Origin: Veleropilina oligotropha
Taxonomy: Eukaryota
DNA: 64,000 nucleotides
Direction of reading: 5' to 3'
Assembly: GCA_048128005.1 (NCBI GenBank)
Contig: JBEUKZ010000054.1
Span: 1,178,001 to 1,242,000 of the forward strand
Shown: positions 22,606-35,700 of the stretch, one piece after another
How positions within the stretch are numbered: position 1 is the first letter of the stretch
How the letters are laid out: each line of letters opens with the position of its first letter
Position numbers and translations under genes: made by a program
The notes under the pieces: model-generated
Told to the model about the DNA's origin: nothing
The model's input: the letters and a program-made list of their open reading frames with translations, nothing else
Databases searched by the model: none

Positions 22606-24260
22606 ACTTGGTTGTGTCGTCGGCTTATGTCGTCCTTTGTGGTTGTGTCGCCCATGTCTGGTTGTGTCGTCTGCTTATGTCGTCCTTTGTGGTTGTATCG
22701 CACTTACTTGGTTGTGTCGTCGGCTTATGTCGTCCTTTGTGGTTGTATCGCACTTCCCTGGTTGTGTCGTCTGCTTATGTCGTCCTTTGTGGTTGTATCG
22801 CATTTGCCTGGTTGTGTCGTCTGCTTATGTACGTCATATTTTGTGGTTGTGTCGCACTTGCCTGGTTGTGTCGTCTGCTTATGTCGTCCTTTGTGGTTGT
22901 GTCGCCCATGTCTGGTTGTGTCGTCTGCTTATGTCGTCCTTTGTGGTTGTGTCGCCCATGTCTGCTTGTGTCGTCTGCTTATGCCGTCCTTCATGGTTGT
23001 ATCGCACTTGCCTGGTTGTGTCGTCTGCTTATGTCGTCCTTTGTGGTTGTGTCGCCCATGTCTGGTTGTGTCGTCTGCTTATATCGTCCTTTGTGGTTGT
23101 ATCGCACTTGCTTGGTTGTGTCGTCTGCTTATGTTGTCCTTCGTGGTTGTATCGCCCATGTCTGGTTGTGTCGTCTGCTTATGTCGTCCTTTGTGGTTGT
23201 ATCGCACTTGCTTGGTTGTGTCGTCTGCTTATGTTGTCCTTCGTGGTTGTATCGCACTTGCCTGGTTGTGTCGTCTGCTTATGTCGTCCTTTGTGGTTGT
23301 ATCGCACTTGCCTGGTTGTGTCGTCTGCTTATGTCGTCCTTTGTGGTTGTGTCGCCCATGTCTGATTGTGTCGTCTGCTTATGTCGTCCTTCATGGTTGT
23401 ATCGCACTTGCCTGGTTGTGTCGTCTGCTTATGTCGTCCTTTGTGGTTGTGTCGCCCATGTCTGGTTGTGTCGTCTGCTTATATCGTCCTTTGTGGTTGT
23501 ATCGCACTTGCTTGGTTGTGTCGTCTGCTTATGTTGTCCTTCGTGGTTGTATCGCACTTGCCTGGTTGTGTCGTCTGCTTGTGTCGTCTGCTTATGTCGT
23601 CCTTTGTGGTTGTATCGCACTTGCCTGGTTGTGTCGTCTGCTTATGTCGTCCTTTGTGGTTGTGTCGCCCATGTCTGGCTGTGTCGTCTGCTTATGTCGT
23701 CCTTTGTGGTTGTGTCGCACATGTCTGGTTGTGTCGTCTGCATTGTTGTCCTTTGTGTGATTGTGTCGCACTTTCCTGGTTGTGTCGTCTGCTTATGTCG
23801 TCCTTTGTGGTTGTATCGCCCATGTCTGGCTGTGTCGTCTGCCTATGTCGTCCTTTGTGGTTGTGTCGCCCATGTCTGGTTGTGTCGTCTGCTTATGTCG
23901 TCCTTTGTGGTTGTATCGCACTTGCTTGGTTGTGTCGTCTCCTTATGTCGTCCTTCGTGATTGTATCGCACTTGCCTGGTTGTGTCGTCTGCTTATGTCG
24001 TCCTTTGTGTGATTGTGTCGCACTTGCCTGGTTGTGTCGTCTGCTTATGTCGTTCTTTGTGGTTGTGTCGCCCTTTCCTGGTCGTGTCGTCTGTTTATGT
24101 CGTCCATTGTGGTAGTGTCGTCCGCATCGTCTGTTTATGTCGTCCATTGTGGTAGTGTCGTATGCATAGCTCGTCCTTGTACAGTTTTGTCGCCTGCTTA
24201 GTTCATCCTTGCATATAGTGGTTGGGTCGTCTGCTTATGTCGTCCTTTGTGGCTGGGTCG
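22606..24260. repeat. 50-bp minisatellite, array 2 (in the second copy of a tandem segmental duplication)
   Basis: Same unit as array 1 and the same downstream unique tail. Confidence 0.95.
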
Positions 24261-24629
24261 TCTGCTTTGCTCGTCCTTGTATGGCTGTGTCGCCTGATTA
24301 GTTCGTTCTTGTATATGTTGGTCGTGTCGTCTGCTTATGTCTTCCTTGCCTGTTAATATGTCATTTGTTTGCTTAGGTCGTCCGTGTATGTTTTGTCTTT
24401 TAGTTAAGCTGACATTCGATATATGTGGAAATGCCCTGCGGCAATCCGGTAACGGCATCCGTCAAAAATCGTAATGATCATTTAATGAAAGAGGGATTCC
24501 ATATAGGCGCCAACAGCATCAGGCAACGGCATCCGGCAAAAAATCGCTCCATGTAGCGATTGATGCTGTTGCCGGAGGGTTAATACCGGACGAGGAATTC
24601 CACAAAATGACGAATTGCATGTATTTGGA

Positions 24630-24731
24630 TGTGAGGGAGGGACGAATGATGCTTAATATCCTGTATATTTACAACATCGAGGTTCAAGGCAGGACATGTC
24701 CGTGTTATCGCGGGAGGAAACCCCGGTCGCC
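24630..24731 (-). mobile_element. 5'-truncated SINE insertion with 9-bp TSD
   Basis: GTATTTGGA at 24621-24629 and 24732-24740. The insert is absent from the paralogous site at about 22501. Confidence 0.8.
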
Positions 24732-25680
24732 GTATTTGGAAGTTGATATTTTGTTATTTTTATATGTTAGCGCTATCTAATATTCAAATAAACACTTTCT
24801 GAAAATTTGGTCATCGAAAAAAAATGTTTAGATATTCTTTATAATTAAATACATTTCACGGCCATTGAATGTCATGAGGAAAGTCTATAATTAGGGTAGT
24901 CGCCAGTATGGCGTCATAACAATGATTGATTGATTGGTTGGTGAAGCTCGTGTGAAAACAAAATCGTGGCAAGATAATTCCCTGAGTACAGAGAAATTTG
25001 TGTCAAGATTATCAGCATAGAATAGTATACATATGAATCCTAATGGAAATGCATTTATGTGTAATGACTTATTTGATTATCAAAACTTTCGTAATATACA
25101 TGTTTTTACTCTTGCGCGATTTTTATCTGCAATGGCATAATTTAAGTCCTATTGAATGTGGCACGAGTTATCGCGATCTTAGCACTAATTGTCCTAGCAT
25201 GATTATGGCATTTTTGGACGGTTTTGCGGTTATAATCGCTTGCAAGGTCACAGGTCACCAAGAAAGTTTCGCTGGACACGCCCAACTTTGTGACAATTTT
25301 AAACAATAGTATTTTGGTGTTATTTCAATAATTTTTTTGTTTTAACTGGCTTAGCATATCTTTAATGTTTGTATAATCATAATTCTAGTACGAATATACG
25401 ATTTAATGACTGACATATTTGACCTTTAAGCAAGAGAAATGTAGGCCTAGGCCAATATGTCACAATATTTTTTTTTTCATCAATGATTTTATATGTTGAA
25501 CTATGTTCCCAACGATAATAATACTAGTAATCTATAGTCAAGACATATTTTTTTATTTTCGATCCTACTTGATGGTGAGGAACTAATTAGTACTTTTTAG
25601 AATTTCTGCATAATCAGTACGAGTATTTGATCAGCTATGCTGTGTTGTGTTTACAGCGTGAATACATTTGAAAAGGAAAT

Positions 25681-25830
25681 GAAAGGATAGATGCTTAATG
25701 TCATGTATATTTCCAACCATCATTTGGTTCAAAGCAGCACATGTCCATATAATCGCGGGAGAAAAGCCCGGGGAAAGCCGCCCTCTTCGACCAGTTACGG
25801 ACAACTGTGACTCATAACTTGAACAAATAA
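25681..25830 (-). mobile_element. SINE fragment
   Basis: Homologous to 24630-24731 and, in reverse orientation, to 55585-55690 (CCAGTTACGGACAACTGTGA). Confidence 0.65.
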
Positions 25831-28041
25831 GGCCGTCTCATCCAGCGACTTTTTCTTCTTTTCTTTTTTCCTTTAATTTTAACAGTTCAGCGGCAATTCT
25901 AGTTATTAAAATGAGGTCTTGGTCCAACAGACATTGCTGTCGCACGTGTTTGCCTTGTATATGGAATGGTGCAAATCGGACGTTGTCGGATTGCCGCAGG
26001 CTATTTACGCATATATGGAATGTCAGTTTTAATGCCTGATGCCGGATTGCCGCATATATGGAAATCCGAATGCTATCTTTAATCTTCAGTACCGCTACCA
26101 TTAACTTGTCTCTACAAACGATTGACATTTGAGTCAAATCTGAGCTGCAGACAACATATAAGCGAAGATAGTTACAAGAGTTATACAACCGATGTCACAG
26201 TAAGCAGCACAATAGATTATCCAAATACTAGTAAATAGAATTAAGATTGAATGACATCGAATAGAATAACATCGGGTAGAGAATTTAACATAGTTGGTAA
26301 ATTTCGGGTCTTTTCCAAAATTTATTTTGAAATTGTGCCCAAGAGTATTCAAGATAAGACTAATTGTGATCTGCTTGATGAGTGGGATGATTTATGTTGT
26401 ACATGGACATGATACGAGTACCCATCACCTTGTTCAAATAAAAGCAGCTAATGTCGACAATCTTAACCGAGAGTCGATTGATTATTATGGAAATAGGAAA
26501 GCCTTGCTACACATGTGAAATATGCGTTCTCATTTTTCACACGTATGAAGAATTCAGTCGCATTTTTCACTGATTTCGAAAACATGTTATCATTATTTGT
26601 TCGATGTCGTTTTTATATGTATCCCTACCATGAAAACGCAATTGTTGCTTCATAATTATAAAATAACAACATGCAGCACATCGTTTGTTCTCACAGCCAT
26701 TTCTCAATAGATCGTTACTGGGTATAATGCGTTGAAGAAGATAAGTTTAAAAAATTGTTCAAAAATCGAATATGCTGAATAAGCTGCTCAATCCTTGATT
26801 TTAATCGCCAAAGTTAAATTATACACTAATAGATGTTTAAGCCTTTTTTACTCCTGCATATAGAACCTTAACATGTTCACATATAGCTACATGCATGGGC
26901 TAATGAGTCTTACATAGGAACTTGTATTGGGTTTTCATACTCATATATCCTTGTAGTGGAAAAGTAAATGTAATATAAAACTTTTTATGTTTGATAATGA
27001 TTCTCCATTACACTCCCTTCAAATTACCACAGTGGTACCAGTACAAATTGAAAAGTATTATAATTATAAATTATTATATAAATTATAATAATAGTTCAAT
27101 GGTAAAGGTAAAGAATTGCACTATAATCATGTCCTGTTCAGTGCACAAATACATGTTTTACTATAAAACAGTTTTATCGCTCTTAAGTAAGAAGAAGATA
27201 TTATCGATCGTAACTTTTGAAATTTGCTAATAGATAGGCCTATTGACAATCGTCATGATTACGACATGGGAAGATGAAAGTGATTCATTACCCGACCAAT
27301 GGTTCAAGAAATGTGGCGAAATCATTGCAGTATCCGCTCTATACCGGACATTGAACGTGGGTTAGAAACATTTCGATTTCGTTGTGGCAGACTAACTAAG
27401 ATAGTGAAGATGGTTCTTTATCTTTTAATATGTAAGTTAACTACATAATAATTAATATATTTGTGTGTTTAAAGAGTTTCATTTCTATTTTAACAGATAT
27501 CTCTGATATGAGTGATAAGGAATATCCTAATTTGTTATGATAAGAGTAGTGCTTTATCTTTCAGAACACATCGACGGCTTCCTGCTTCCTGGTTTTGACT
27601 GGCGCATGGTTTCCTATTAGTTTGTGAATACCAAATATTTTTAAGAAATCCCGTCATTGGCTCTTATTATTATCCCTGTTGGTTAATTGGTTGAAACCAT
27701 TTGTTTATCAACCAATTTAACATTTTTCAGTCGCATAACATTTTCAACGGTTTGTCAACAGATCATCATGATAACTTTCCATTATTCGATGTCTAATTAC
27801 TAGTTTTACTATAAAACATCGTCTAAAACAAAAACTGTTTTCTCATATCAATGTTACTTGCAAACCAAAAATGCGTTTATCGTTTAATCTTATGATTTTC
27901 ATACGTATCATTAAATGATACCATGTCTCGCACAGAAAAACAATTTGCTTAATGGTATATAAACACAAAGATATGACAATAATTGAAATCACGAAAATGC
28001 CATTATGTGGTTTAACCCTAAACTTCCGGTGCAACTGATCA

Positions 28042-28289
28042 GGATGCAGCATATATGATGCTCGGATACAACATTTATGATGCCCGGATGCAACATGGCT
28101 GATGCCCGGATGCAGCATATATGATGCTCGGATGCAACATATATGATGCTCGGATGCAACATGGATGGTGCCCGGATGCAGCATATATGATGCTCGGATG
28201 TAACATGGATGATGCCCGGATGCAACATGGATGATGCCCGAATGCAGCATATATGATGCTCGGATGCAGCATGGATGATGCCCGGATGG
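28042..28289. repeat. 22-bp minisatellite (CGGATGCAACATGGATGATGCC)
   Basis: About 11 diverged tandem copies. Confidence 0.92.
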
Positions 28290-29746
28290 AACCTCACTAT
28301 TCCATTATTGTAAATCAAATTGGAAACATCCGGTGCAAAATGTTTCATTGTGTTTTCACATTTACAATACATTGAATATTGTTGCTCCAGATAAAAAAAA
28401 GCGGTGCATTACACGTTCGTTTGAACTTTCCTATCTTCGCGGACAGGTCGGCGGAAACTCTGTATAGTATCATATTTTTGTTATATTATTTACTGATCTC
28501 TTTAACATTGACAAAAAACTCTCGTGACGTTTATTTGTTTATTTCAAGAAGATTTCGTGTGAAATATATTTTTCAAATACTGATGTCTAATGACTTGTAT
28601 ATTATAACATAGACGCATTTTAAACAAATGTTGTAATGTCTGCAGAAAATGTATGTTGCACGTTTTCTGCTTTACAGTTAGCATATAACGCATTGAGCGT
28701 TATTATATGCGTTTACCGTGGTCCTGGAACAGATATATTTGGACAGCTTTTATAAATTACAAGAATATTCCTAATTGCTTCTTTTAGATTTTCTAATGCT
28801 TTAACATGTATTTTCTAAAATGGTTATCTGCAAGGTTTCTCTGTACATTATTGTAAAGCAAATAAATATCAATATACTTTCAAAATGTTAGCAAAAGTAG
28901 CAAACGTGCACAATTTGAATACGTTTTATTTCGAACTGAAAAATGCCTTGCGTCGAATGTATTTTCTCTTACATATGGAAATTATGACATAACGACTAGA
29001 AAACAGCATTTGCCCGCCACGAGCTTGTTTGACAGATCTATACTGTTTTTATGTTGACCAAATTTGCCGCACATGAGTGTGTTTGAATATATGACCAGGC
29101 ACCACGTTACAACACACGCGTTATAAATAGCGAAATAAATATTAAGATAACTTGGTCTTGATGATTTTGATAATTTATTATAATTCATGGCATGTCGCCG
29201 CAGCCGCCAAGTGAACATTGTTAAATTAATTTATGTGTAGGCCCTTAGATTATACTCGTTTTTATTGGCCTTATTTATAATAGGACATATGATGGCGTGG
29301 TGGTCAATTCTTTTAACATAAGATCATGTATTTTTTAAGTAAGCAGCTACGAGAGTCAGAGCAAGTAGGAGGAGTCTGGTGTCGAAACCTGAAACCCGAC
29401 CGTCAGGAAAACATCAGTAGGCATCAATTGGAATGGATTAGCAGAATAACAGCGGAACGCCGCTGCACACCACACATTTATCATATATCCGGGTCATTTT
29501 ATATAGCGTCAAAGTGTTTAATAAAAAAAGTAAATAACACGTGCATTACGATATCAATGGATCAGAACAGCCAATTGCAGAACGGGTCACAAAAGGTCAT
29601 TGCCCGTATTTGTGCACTACGTTTAAAACTACGATCTTGTAATAGTGATTGTCGTTATGCAGGGATAGTACGGTACGCGCATGCGCAAGCATCTAACGAC
29701 CAATATTTTATTGAAATATTAATTAGGTGAAGACCTCTATAGGTAA

Positions 29747-32700
29747 GCATCTCTATAGAGATCGCGTATCTCCCGATAGTCATAGCCTAGAGAGTTCAAT
29801 GTCAGGATAGCTTGCATCCCTATAGAGATCGCGTATCTCCCGATCGTCATAGCCTAGAGAGTTCAATGTCAGGATAGCTTGCATCTCTATAGAGGTCGCG
29901 TATCTCGTGATAGTCATAGCCTAGATAGTTCAATGTCAGGATAGCTTGCATCTCTATAGAGATCGCGTATCTCCCGATAGTCATAGCCTAGAGAGTTCAA
30001 TGTCAGGATAGCTTGCATCTCTATAGAGATCGCGTATCTCTCGATAGTCATATCCTAGAGAGTTCAATGTCAGGATAGCTTGCATCTCTATAGAGATCGC
30101 GGATCTCGTGATAGTCATAGCCTATAAAGTTCAATGTCAGGATAGCTTGCATCTCTATAGAGGTCGCGGATCTCGTGATAGTCATAGCCTAGAGAATTCA
30201 ATGTCAGGATAGCTTGCATCTCTCTAGAGATCGCGTATCTCCCGATAGTCATAGCCTAGATAATTCATTGTCAGGATAGCTTGCATCTCTATAGAGGTCG
30301 CGTATCTCTCGATAGTCATATCCTAGAGGATTCAATGTCAGGATAGCTTGCATCTCTATAGAGGTCGCGTATCTCCCGATAGTCAAAGCCTAGAGAGTTC
30401 AATGTCAGGATAGCCTGCATCTCTATAGAGATCGCGTATCTCCCGATAGTCATAGCCTAGATAGTTCAATGTCAGGATAGCTTGCATCTCTATAGAGGTC
30501 GCTTATCTCTCGATAGTCATATCCTAGAGAGTTCAATGTCAGGATAGCTTGCATCTCTATAGAGATCGCGTATCTCCCGATAGTCATAGCCTATAAAGTT
30601 CAATGTCAGGATAGCTTGCATCTCTATAGAGGTCGCGGATCTCGTGATAGTCATAGCCTATAAAGTTCAATGTCAGGATAGCTTGCATCTCTATAGAGAT
30701 CGCGTATCTCCCGATAGTCATAGCCTAGAGAGTTCAATGTCAGGATAGCTTGCATCTCTATAGAGATCGCGTATCTCCCGATAGTCATAGCCTAGAGAGT
30801 TCAATGTCAGGATAGCTTGCATCCCTATAGAGGTCGCGGATCTCGTGATAGTCATAGCCTAGAGAATTCAATGTCAGGATAGCTTGCATCTCTCTAGAGA
30901 TCGCGTATCTCCCGATAGTCATAGCCTAGATAATTCATTGTCAGGATAGCTTGCATCTCTATAGAGGTCGCGTATCTGCCGATAGTCATAACCTAGAGAA
31001 TTCAATGTCAGGATAGCTTGCATCTCTATAGAGATCGCGTATCTCCCGATAGTCATAGCCTAGAGAGTTCAATGTCAGGATAGCTTGCATCTCTATAGAG
31101 ATCGCGTATCTCCCGATAGTCATAGCCTAGAGAGTTCAATGCCAGGATAGCTTGCATCTCTATAGAGGTCGCGTATCTCCCGATCGTCATAGCCTAGAGA
31201 GTTCAATGTCAGGATAGCTTGCATCTCTATAGAGGTCGCGTATCTCCCGATAGTCATAGCCTAGAGAGTTCAATGTCAGGATAGCTTGCATCTCTATAGA
31301 GATCGCGTATCTCCCGAGAGTTATAGCCTGGAGAGTTCAATGTCAGGATAGCTTGCATCTCTATAGAGGTCGCGTATCTCCCGATAGTCATAGCCTAGAG
31401 AGTTCAATGTCAGGATAGCTTGCATCTCTATAGAGATCGCGTATCTCCCGATAGTCATAGCCTAGAGAGTTCAATGTCAGGATAGCTTGCATCTCTATAG
31501 AGGTCGCGTATCTCCCGATAGTCATAGCCTAGAGAGTTCAATGTCAGGATAGCTTGCATCTCTATAGAGATCGCGTATCTCCCGATAGTCATAGCCTAGA
31601 GAGTTCAATGTCAGGATAGCTTGCATCTCTATAGAGGTCGCGTATCTCCCGATAGTCATAGCCTAGAGTGTTCAATGCCAGGATAGCTTGCATCTCTATA
31701 GAGGTCGCGTATCTCCCGATAGTCATAGCCTAGAGAGTTCAATGTCAGGATAGCTTGCATCTCTATAGAGGTCGCGTATCATAGCCTAGAGAGTTCAATG
31801 TCAGGATAGCTTGCATCTCTATAGAGATCGCGTATCTCCCGATAGTCATAGCCTAGAGAGTTCAATGTCAGGATAGCTTGCATCTCTATAGAGGTCGCGT
31901 ATCTCGTGATAGTCATAGCCTGGAGAGTTCAATGTCAGGATAGCTTGCATCTCTATAGAGATCGCGTATCTCCCGATAGTCATAGCCTAGAGAGTTCAAT
32001 GTCAGGATAGCTTGCATCTCTATAGAGGTCGCGTATCATAGCCTAGAGAGTTCAATGTCAGGATAGCTTGCATCTCTATAGAGATCGCGTATCTCCCGAT
32101 AGTCATAGCCTAGATAATTCAATGTCAGGATAGCTTGCATCTCTATAGAGATCGCGTATCTCCCGATAGTCATAGCCTAGAGAGTTCAATGTCATGATAG
32201 CTTGCATCTCTATAGAGGTCGCGTATCTCCCGATAATCATAGCCTAGAGAGTTCAATGTCAGGATAGCTTGCATCTCTATAGAGATCGCGTATCTCCCGA
32301 TAGTCATAGCCTAGATAATTCAATGTCAGGATAGCTTGCATCTCTATAGAGATCGCGTATCTCCCGATAGTCATAGCCTAGAGAGTTCAATGTCAGGATA
32401 GCTTGCATCTCTATAGAGATCGCGTATATCCCGATAGTCATAGCCTAGAGAGTTCAATGTCAGGATAGCTTGCATCTCGATATAGATCGCGTATCTCCCG
32501 ATAGTCATAGCCTAGATAATTAAATGTCAGGATAGCTTGCATCTCTATAGAGGTCGCGTATCTCCCGATAGTCATAGCCTAGAGAGTTCAATGTCAGGAT
32601 AGCTTGCATCTCTATAGAGATCGCGTATCTCCCGATAGTCATAGCTTGGAGAGGTCAATGTCAGGGTAGCTTGCATCTCTATAGAGGTCGCGTATCTGCC

Positions 32701-35700
32701 GATAGTCATAACCTAGAGAATTCAATGTCAGGATAGCTTGCATCTCTATAGAGATCGCGTATCTCCCGATAGTCATAGCCTAGAGAGTTCAATGTCAGGA
32801 TAGCTTGCATCTCTATAGAGGTCGCGTATCTCCCGATAGTCATACCCTAGATAGTTCAATGTCAGGATAGCTTGCATCTCTATAGAGATCTCGTGGTAGT
32901 CATAGCCTAGAGAGTTCAATGTCAGGATAGATTGCATCTCTATAGAGGTCGCGTATCTCGTGATAGTCATAGCCTAGAGAATTCAATGTCAGGATAGCTT
33001 GCATCTCTATAGAGGTCGCGTATCTCCCGATAGTCATAGCCTAGATAGTTCAATGTCAGGATAGCTTGCATCTCTATAGAGATCTCGTGATAGTCATAGC
33101 CTAGAGAGTTCAATGTCAGGATAGATTGCATCTCTATAGAGGTCGCGTATCTCGTGATAATCATAGCCTAGAGAATTCAATGTCAGGATAGCTTGCATCT
33201 CTATAGAGGTCGCGTATCTCGTGATAGTCATAGCCTAGAAAGTTCAATGTCAGGATAGCTTGCATCTCTATAGAGATCGCGTATCTCCCGATAGTCATAG
33301 CTTAGAGAGTTCAATGTCAGGATAGCTTGCATCTCTATAGAGGTCGCGTATCTCCAGATAGTCATAGCCTAGAGAATTCAATGTCAGGATAGCTTGCATC
33401 TCTATAGAGGTCGCGTATCTCGTGATAGTCATAGCCTGGAGAATTCAATGTCGGGATAGCTTGCATCTCTATGGAGGTCGCGTATCTCCGGATAGTCATA
33501 GCCTAGAGAGTTCAATGTCAGGATAGCTTGCATCTCTATAGAGGTCGCGTATCTCCCGATAGTCATAGCCTGGAGAATTCAATGTCGGGATAGCTTGCAT
33601 CTCTATGGAGGTCGCGTATCTCCGGATAGTCATAGCCTAGAGAGTTCAATGTCAGGATAGCTTGCATCTCTATAGAGGTCGCGTATCATAGCCTAGAGAG
33701 TTCAATGTCAGGATAGCTTGCATCTCTATAGAGGTCGCGTATCTCCCGATGGTCATAACCTAGAGAGTTCAATGTCAGGATAGCTTGCATCTCTATAGAG
33801 ATCGCGTATCTCCAGATAGTCATAGCCTAGATAATTCAATGTCAGGATAGCTTGCATCTCTATAGAGGTCGCGTATCTCCCGATGGTCATAACCTAGAGA
33901 GTTCAATGTCAGGATAGCTTGCATCTCTATAGAGGTCGCGTATCTCCCGATGGTCATAACCTAGAGAGTTCAATGTCAGGATAGCTTGCATCTCTATAGA
34001 GATCGCGTATCTCCCGATAGTCATAGCCTAGAGAGTTCAATGTCAGGATAGCTTGCATCTCTATAGAGATCGCGTATCTCCCGATAGTCATAGCCTAGAG
34101 AGTTCAATGTCAGGATAGCTTGCATCTCTATAGAGGTCGCGTATCTCCCGATAGTCATAGCCTAGAGAGTTCAATGTCAGGATAGCTTGCATCTCTATAG
34201 AGGTCGCGTATCTCCCGATAGTCATAGCCTGGATAATTCAATGTCAGGATAGCTTGCATCTCTATAGAGATCGCGTATCTCCCGATAGTCATAGCCTGGA
34301 TAATTCAATGTCAGGATAGCTTGCATCTCTATAGAGATCGCGTATCTCCCGATAGTCATAGCCTAGAGAATTCAATGTCAGGATAGCTTGCATCTCTATA
34401 GAGGTCGCGTATCTCCCGATCGTCATAGCCTAGAGAGTTCGATGTCAGGATAGCTTGCATCTCTATAGAGGTCGCGTATCTCCCGATAGTCATAGCTTGG
34501 AGAGGTCAATGTCAGGGTAGCTTGCATCTCTATAGAGGTCGCGTATCTGCCGATAGTCATAACCTAGAGAATTCAATGTCAGGATAGCTTGCATCTCTAT
34601 AGAGATCGCGTATCTCCCGATAGTCATAGCCTGGATAATTCAATGTCAGGATAGCTTGCATCTCTATAGAGATCGCGTATATCCCGATAGTCATAGCCTA
34701 GAGAGTTCAATGTCAGGATAGCTTGCATCTCTATAGAGGTCGCGTATCTGCCGATAGTCATAACCTAGAGAATTCAATGTCAGGATAGCTTGCATCTCTA
34801 TAGAGATCGCGTATCTCCCGATAGTCATAGCCTAGATAATTCAATGTCAGGATAGCTTGCATCTCTATAGAGATCGCGTATCTCCCGATAGTCATAGCCT
34901 AGAGAGTTCAATGTCAGGATAGCTTGCATCTCTATAGAGGTCGCGTATCTCCCGATAGTCATAGCATAGAGAGTTCAATGTCAGGATAGCTTGCATCTCT
35001 ATAGAGATCTCGTGATAGTCATAGCCTAGAGAGTTCAATGTCAGGATAGCTTGCATCTCTATAGAGATCGCGTATCTCCCGATAGTCATAGCCTAGAGAG
35101 TTCAATGTCAGGATAGCTTGCATCTCTATATAGATCGCGTATCTCCCGATAGTTATAGCCTGGAGAGTTCAATGTCAGGATAGCTTGCATCTCTATAGAG
35201 ATCGCGTATCTCCCGATAGTCATAGCCTAGAGAGTTCAATGTCAGGATAGCTTGCATCTCTATAGAGATCGCGTATCTCCCGATAGTCATAGCCTAGATA
35301 GTTCAATGTCAGGATAGCTTGCATCTCTATAGAGATCTCGTGATAGTCATAGCCTAGAGAGTTCAATGTCAGGATAGATTGCATCTCTATAGAGGTCGCG
35401 TATCTCGTGATAATCATAGCCTAGAGAATTCAATGTCAGGATAGCTTGCATCTCTATAGAGATCGCGTATCTCGTGATAGTTATAGCCTGGAGAGTTCAA
35501 TGTCAGGATAGCTTGCATCTCTATAGAGATCGCGTATCTCCGGATAGTCATAGCCTAGAGAGTTCAATGTCACGATAGCTTGCATCTCTATAGAGATCGC
35601 GTATCTCCCGATAGTCATAGCCTAGAGAATTCATTGTCAGGATAGCTTGCATCTCTATAGAGGTCGCGTATCTCCCGATAGTCATAGCCTAGAGAATTCA

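Larger units (their letters stand above)
24407..26028. mobile_element. non-autonomous PIF/Harbinger-like TIR element (left end also duplicated at about 22300)
   Basis: TTA|AGCTGACATTC.ATATATG..GAAAT.CCCTGCGGCAATCCG ... CGGATTGCCGCAGGCTATTTACGCATATATGGAATGTCAGTT|TTA, giving imperfect TIRs of about 40 bp and a TTA TSD. Confidence 0.55.

Noticed and set aside
14109..24201. Long repetitive ORFs (MCINKRYVN, HRIASSY, ILPRDYTD, VVSSAYVV) as proteins
   Set aside because: They are translations of minisatellites, open in several frames and on both strands, with no start or splice context.
26294..27420. Possible coding relics in the 26-27 kb unique region
   Set aside because: Short frames with stops and no recognisable motif; cannot be supported without a homology search.
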